Positions 41,544 to 44,459 of a stretch of 44,459 nucleotides of DNA are shown here, one piece after another. Location of the stretch: IMG/VR virus record IMGVR_UViG_3300002461_000167, positions 1-44,459 of that record, one strand, 5' to 3'. The position numbers were made by a program, and so were the translations under genes. The stretch's first letter is position 1. Each line of letters begins with the position of its first letter. This DNA is from a virus. Below the pieces are notes generated by a model. The model had not been told where the DNA came from and did not search any database. It saw only the letters and a program-made list of their open reading frames with translations.

Positions 41544-41819
41544 ATGGCTAAGCTTTCAACAGTCGACAGTTCACGCGGCGCACCGATGGGGCGTACCAGT
41601 GTTCCGCGCACGCCAACCGAGCGAGTCCACTTGCGCCGCATCCGAATCAATTCGGGCGGCTATGACTCGGGCGGCGCCTATTGGGGAGTCGGGCAAGCGT
41701 TGTGGCACGCGTGCGAATACAAGCCCGATGGCTTGGACATTTTCTTCCGCGCCAAAGATCGCACGGCCGCTAAGGCTCACGTTCTCGCGCGGTATCTGTC
41801 CGCCAAGTTCTACCGCTAA
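41544..41819 (+). CDS. Hypothetical early protein (91 aa)
   Basis: ATG 41544 lies after the cassette RBS. Sequence RGAPMGRTS...INSGGYDSGGAYWGVGQALW. Confidence 0.6.
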   Translation: MAKLSTVDSSRGAPMGRTSVPRTPTERVHLRRIRINSGGYDSGGAYWGVGQALWHACEYKPDGLDIFFRAKDRTAAKAHVLARYLSAKFYR

Positions 41820-41835
41820 CAAGGGAGTCGGTGCA

Positions 41836-42036
41836 ATGTCTCGTCTCGTGTTTAGATTGGCTGTGGTTTGCGAGGGTGACGCGTTCAAACCGGCGGCCGT
41901 GCCGGAAATCGTGAGCATCCTGCGAACGCTGGCCGAACGTATCGAAGCCGGTCACCTCACTCACGAGGCTAAGCCGGTGCGTGATATCACGGGCCAAATT
42001 GTCGGCTCGGTTCAATGTATGCCCGAGACTGAATAG
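41836..42036 (+). CDS. Hypothetical early protein (66 aa)
   Basis: AAGGGAG Shine-Dalgarno sequence 8 nt upstream of ATG 41836. In the track it is hidden inside a longer ORF (41536..42036) whose upstream part looks non-coding. Confidence 0.5.
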   Translation: MSRLVFRLAVVCEGDAFKPAAVPEIVSILRTLAERIEAGHLTHEAKPVRDITGQIVGSVQCMPETE

Positions 42037-42106
42037 TCTAGCGCATTGGCCATGGTACGCCGTGGCCTTTGCCCTGCACTATCGCAGGTAACCAAGGGGA
42101 ATGAAC
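42031..42106 (+). repeat. Early intergenic cassette copy R4.
   Basis: GAATAGTCTAGCGCATT. Hairpin at 42048-67. TGCACTA at 42075-81. Then AACCAAGGGGAATGAAC. Confidence 0.9.
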
Positions 42107-42820
42107 ATGGAAACGATTTACAGCATGGGCGCGAGTGCAAGCGCTAAGGCAGCGGCAAAGGCCAAAGCCGACAAGTACGTGACGACAAAGGGCGCCAAGC
42201 CCACAACAGCCAAGAAGGCACTGCCAGCGGCCGTCAAGGGTGACAAGCCGGTTTATGACGGCAATCGCGAGAAGTGGCTTCAGGCAGCCACGGCGGCCGT
42301 TGACAAGTGGTTTTTTGATTTGGGCTATCCGCTGCCTGCAACGCGCGTCTCGGTCGGCTTCACTTCCAAGGGTGCACGGTCAAACCGCATCGGCGAATGT
42401 TGGGATGGCAAAATGAGTGCCGATGGCAGCTACCAGATTTTTATTCACCCGCAAGAATCCGATAGCTTGAAGGTTTTCGGCATCCTCGTGCACGAGTTGA
42501 TTCACGCGGCCGTCGGGCTGAAGGCCAAACACGGCCGCAAGTTCGGCGACGTTGGACGCGCGCTAGGCTTTGAAGGCAAGGCCGCGCAAATGCACAAGGG
42601 CGCCGCGTTTGAAGAGGCAGCCAAGCCGATACTCGCCAAGCTTGGCCCGATACCGCACGCGCGGCTGAAGCCGGGTGAAAGCACGACAGGCAAAAAGCAA
42701 CCGACTCGCATGATCAAATGCGAATGCCCGAAGTGCGGCTATCTTGCGCGTACAACTCCCAAGTGGATCGAGGCCGGCGGCAAGCCGATTTGCCCGGTCC
42801 ATATGATCAGGATGAAATGA
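42107..42820 (+). CDS. SprT-like zinc metalloprotease with a C-terminal zinc ribbon.
   Basis: HELIHAAVG (HExxH) preceded by IFIHPQESD. C-terminus is CECPKCGY...ICPVH. K/A-rich N-terminus. Confidence 0.65.
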   Translation: METIYSMGASASAKAAAKAKADKYVTTKGAKPTTAKKALPAAVKGDKPVYDGNREKWLQAATAAVDKWFFDLGYPLPATRVSVGFTSKGARSNRIGECWDGKMSADGSYQIFIHPQESDSLKVFGILVHELIHAAVGLKAKHGRKFGDVGRALGFEGKAAQMHKGAAFEEAAKPILAKLGPIPHARLKPGESTTGKKQPTRMIKCECPKCGYLARTTPKWIEAGGKPICPVHMIRMK

Positions 42821-42954
42821 ACACTCCCACGGCGCGTTTGTTCACGGAAAATATACACATCGGGTTTAAGGTGGCCGTTAGGTGGAGAACCCACTTGACG
42901 GCCATTTGCTTGGCGTGTATTCCTAACGCGGCCAACAATCGAAGGGGTACGGCA

Positions 42955-43164
42955 ATGAGCGATTGGGAACTTTGGAAGGATATTTTCGCCGAGTGGGGCA
43001 TGGTGCTTTTGCGTGTGATACGGTGGGCGTGCGCAACCTTTGCCGTCCTCACCCTGCTGTGGCTCGAATTGGAATTCTGGCCAGTGTCGGGCGTGCTCAC
43101 GGTTGGCGTGGTCGTCACGTGGTTCATTCTGTGGTCGCACAACCGGGTACGCAATAAGGATTAG
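42955..43164 (+). CDS. Small two-TM membrane protein (69 aa).
   Basis: GAAGGGG Shine-Dalgarno sequence 7 nt upstream. Hydrophobic segments WACATFAVLTLLWL and GVLTVGVVVTWFILW. Confidence 0.5.
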   Translation: MSDWELWKDIFAEWGMVLLRVIRWACATFAVLTLLWLELEFWPVSGVLTVGVVVTWFILWSHNRVRNKD

Positions 43165-43234
43165 TTCATGCCATTGGCGCTCGCGGGCGCTAACGGCCTG
43201 CACTAATGCAGGGCAACCCAAAGGGGAAAGTATC
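43162..43234 (+). repeat. Early intergenic cassette copy R5 (degenerate).
   Basis: TAGTTCATGCCATTGG... CCTGCACTAATGCAGG hairpin with TGCACTA at 43199-205. Then AACCCAAAGGGGAAAG before ATG 43235. Confidence 0.55.
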
Positions 43235-43444
43235 ATGAAGGAATTTTTCATTGCTGCAACCATCGCGGTGGCCGTCGTGCTTGCCGCTATGTGGGCCACC
43301 GCGCAGGCGGCGAGCGCCGGCACCATCCACACCGATGATCGCGTGTACGACTCGCGGCTCGCCAAGCGCACCAATGGCTACGGCAACCCGCCCGCCGAGC
43401 GCATCCAAATCCTCGTGCCGCCCTTCATGATGATTGCGGCCTAA
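43235..43444 (+). CDS. Small secreted protein (69 aa, signal peptide).
   Basis: N-terminus MKEFFIAATIAVAVVLAAMWATAQA followed by a polar mature part. Confidence 0.55.
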   Translation: MKEFFIAATIAVAVVLAAMWATAQAASAGTIHTDDRVYDSRLAKRTNGYGNPPAERIQILVPPFMMIAA

Positions 43445-43447
43445 GCC

Positions 43448-43711
43448 ATGACATTCGGACTCGGCGTTGCGCTCGGTTGGATCTTGGGAATCATCAGCGG
43501 CCTGTGGGCAATCCACGGAATACGACAGGACTTGCTAGATGCCCTTGCCAAACTGCGCGCCGCCGAGGCTGATTTGCATGGCATGTCTCGGGGACGGGTG
43601 GACCTGGACGGAACTTTCGCACCCGGTGATCACAACATGCGGGTTGAAAATTGTGTTTGTGTGGATGGCGTGTACCACGTGCGCGGGGTCGGGCCGGCTG
43701 GAGGTGTATGA
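43448..43711 (+). CDS. Small N-terminally membrane-anchored protein (87 aa).
   Basis: TM segment FGLGVALGWILGIISGLWAI. The start lies 3 nt after the upstream stop. Confidence 0.5.
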   Translation: MTFGLGVALGWILGIISGLWAIHGIRQDLLDALAKLRAAEADLHGMSRGRVDLDGTFAPGDHNMRVENCVCVDGVYHVRGVGPAGGV

Positions 43712-43797
43712 TGGCTGAAGCTTTTTATTGGGCCGGCCTTGGCGCTGTAGCGCTCGGGCTGCTATGGCTGCACTACCGATTTAAACCCGCCAAGTAG
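43708..43797 (+). CDS. Very small single-TM peptide (29 aa); not in the supplied ORF track.
   Basis: GGAGG is 4 nt upstream of ATGATG at 43708. Peptide is MMAEAFYWAGLGAVALGLLWLHYRFKPAK. Overlaps the upstream stop (ATGA). Confidence 0.4.
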   Translation: MMAEAFYWAGLGAVALGLLWLHYRFKPAK

Positions 43798-43801
43798 GCC
43801 G

Positions 43802-43830
43802 TTGACCCTGCAACCTTGAACGGCTATACT
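43802..43830 (+). promoter_or_regulatory. Near-consensus sigma70-type promoter upstream of the tailspike gene: TTGACC-17 nt-TATACT.
   Basis: Sequence read directly: TTGACCctgcaaccttgaacggcTATACT, 36 nt upstream of ATG 43866. Confidence 0.6.
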
Positions 43831-43865
43831 CCGCCGCTGCAACCCAGCGCGTGGAGTTTCCGCCT

Positions 43866-44459
43866 ATGGCCGTTCCCTATTTCCCGCAGACCTTGCCCGC
43901 AAACACCTTGGTTGGCCGTCTCGGGTCTAACGGCCCAACTGAAGCCATCCCCATTGCCAGTCTATTCGGCGACTTCGGCACCACCGAAATGTACGCCACG
44001 CGCGCCGCGTTCCAAGCTACCACGGTGGCGCCGCTTGTCACGTTCGTCTATCTCGCCGGCTACGCGGCCGTAGGCGATGGCGGCAACGCCTACTTCAAGC
44101 GCGTGGTTGCGGAACCCGTGCACGCGGGCAAGGTCCAGTCGGCGGACGGCGCATGGTTCGAATTGGTGCCGGGCGAATGTGTGAAGCCCGAGCAATTCGG
44201 TGCCTTCCCTGCAAGCGCTGATTGTTCGGCGCTCATGCTCGCCGCGACTGTCGCCGCTGTGGCGCTCGGTACATGGCTGGAGCTTCCCGAGCGCACATAC
44301 CGCGCCGCGTTCATTCCGCCGACCAATTCGAAAATTCGTGGCCAACACAATTTCCGGTCGAAGATCGTTCGCCCGCTTGCCTCGGTCTTGAACTATGTCC
44401 TTTTCGCCAACGGCGCCAGCGGCTACGTTTGGGAAAATTTCATGGTCGACGGCGACCGC
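43866..44459 (+). CDS. Tailspike gene, 5' part. It runs off the window end and continues at 1..880.
   Basis: ATG 43866 with GGAG upstream. No stop before the window end. Sequence MAVPYFPQTLPANTLVGRLG...YLAGYAAVGDGGNAYFKR. The last 94 nt duplicate bases 1-94. Confidence 0.65.
   Translation, partial: MAVPYFPQTLPANTLVGRLGSNGPTEAIPIASLFGDFGTTEMYATRAAFQATTVAPLVTFVYLAGYAAVGDGGNAYFKRVVAEPVHAGKVQSADGAWFELVPGECVKPEQFGAFPASADCSALMLAATVAAVALGTWLELPERTYRAAFIPPTNSKIRGQHNFRSKIVRPLASVLNYVLFANGASGYVWENFMVDGDR
44366..44459. repeat. Right copy of the terminal direct repeat (identical to 1-94).
   Basis: Exact 94/94 identity by eye. Confidence 0.95.

Noticed and set aside
40618-41650. Minus-strand ORFs 40618..40971 and 41345..41650 share the peptide AGQRPRRTMANALDYS.
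   Set aside because: The shared peptide is only the reverse-frame translation of the repeated intergenic cassettes R2 and R3. The remainder of each ORF is antisense to plus-strand genes.
40408-43234. Could the repeated early-region elements be a CRISPR array?
   Set aside because: The repeats are about 75 nt long and are spaced 490-1130 nt apart. The intervening 'spacers' are protein-coding genes with conserved RBSs. No cas genes are present.
43809-43843. The 7-mer TGCAACC/GGTTGCA occurs near both good promoters (43809, 43837 and 31844) and might be an activator site.
   Set aside because: I counted about six copies in the genome (also about 439, 36236 and 43255). That is close to the chance expectation of about five, so the promoter association is post hoc.
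1-44459. Lysogeny module (integrase, CI/Cro-type switch, attP) or mobile elements.
   Set aside because: No recombinase or transposase-like ORF was recognised and no att-like repeats were seen. The phage looks virulent, although small HTH proteins of unknown role exist.

Overview
The window is one complete copy of a GC-rich tailed-phage genome. Bases 1-94 are identical to 44366-44459, so the unit length is 44,365 bp and the genome is circular or circularly permuted. The structural genes follow a T7-like (podovirus-type) order. I could not recognise a phage RNA polymerase, integrase, repressor, tRNA, rRNA or CRISPR array.

Layout: two divergent arms leave an A/T-rich, repeat-dense control region at 38845-39405.
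- Leftward late arm (minus strand, 38844 down to 16516): terS, terL, portal, scaffold, major capsid, tail-tube A- and B-like proteins, three internal/ejection proteins including a 1583-aa giant, then a holin/spanin cassette.
- Rightward arm (plus strand): about 13 small early genes, then a tailspike that crosses the circular junction plus a distal fibre. A replication/nucleotide module follows: Prim-Pol/helicase (the only minus-strand gene of this arm), SNF2 helicase, Cas4-like nuclease, M15 endolysin, SSB-like protein, family A DNA polymerase, resolvase-like nuclease, metallophosphoesterase, sulfotransferase and a MazZ-like NTP pyrophosphohydrolase.
- The arms meet tail to tail at 16516-16519.

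Most noteworthy signals:
1. The A/T-rich 9-mer ATTTACACG occurs at least 14 times, mostly on the sense strand, in several reading frames and in non-coding DNA. It also forms two palindromic dimers in the early region.
2. Palindromic RTTTAAAY words are enriched genome-wide.
3. Two adjacent genes encode an AT-hook protein and an HTH protein with a histone-H1-like tail. They are candidate readers of those words.
4. A family of ~75-nt structured intergenic cassettes (stop codon, UACG-tetraloop hairpin, TGCACTA box, AACCAAGGGGAA RBS) separates the early genes.
5. Candidate counter-defence or host-modifying cargo: a DUF2829/Tad2-like protein, a GNAT module fused to the giant ejection protein, a SprT-like protease, a sulfotransferase and a MazZ-like enzyme.

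All family names come from reading motifs by eye and from memory of those families. No database search was run.
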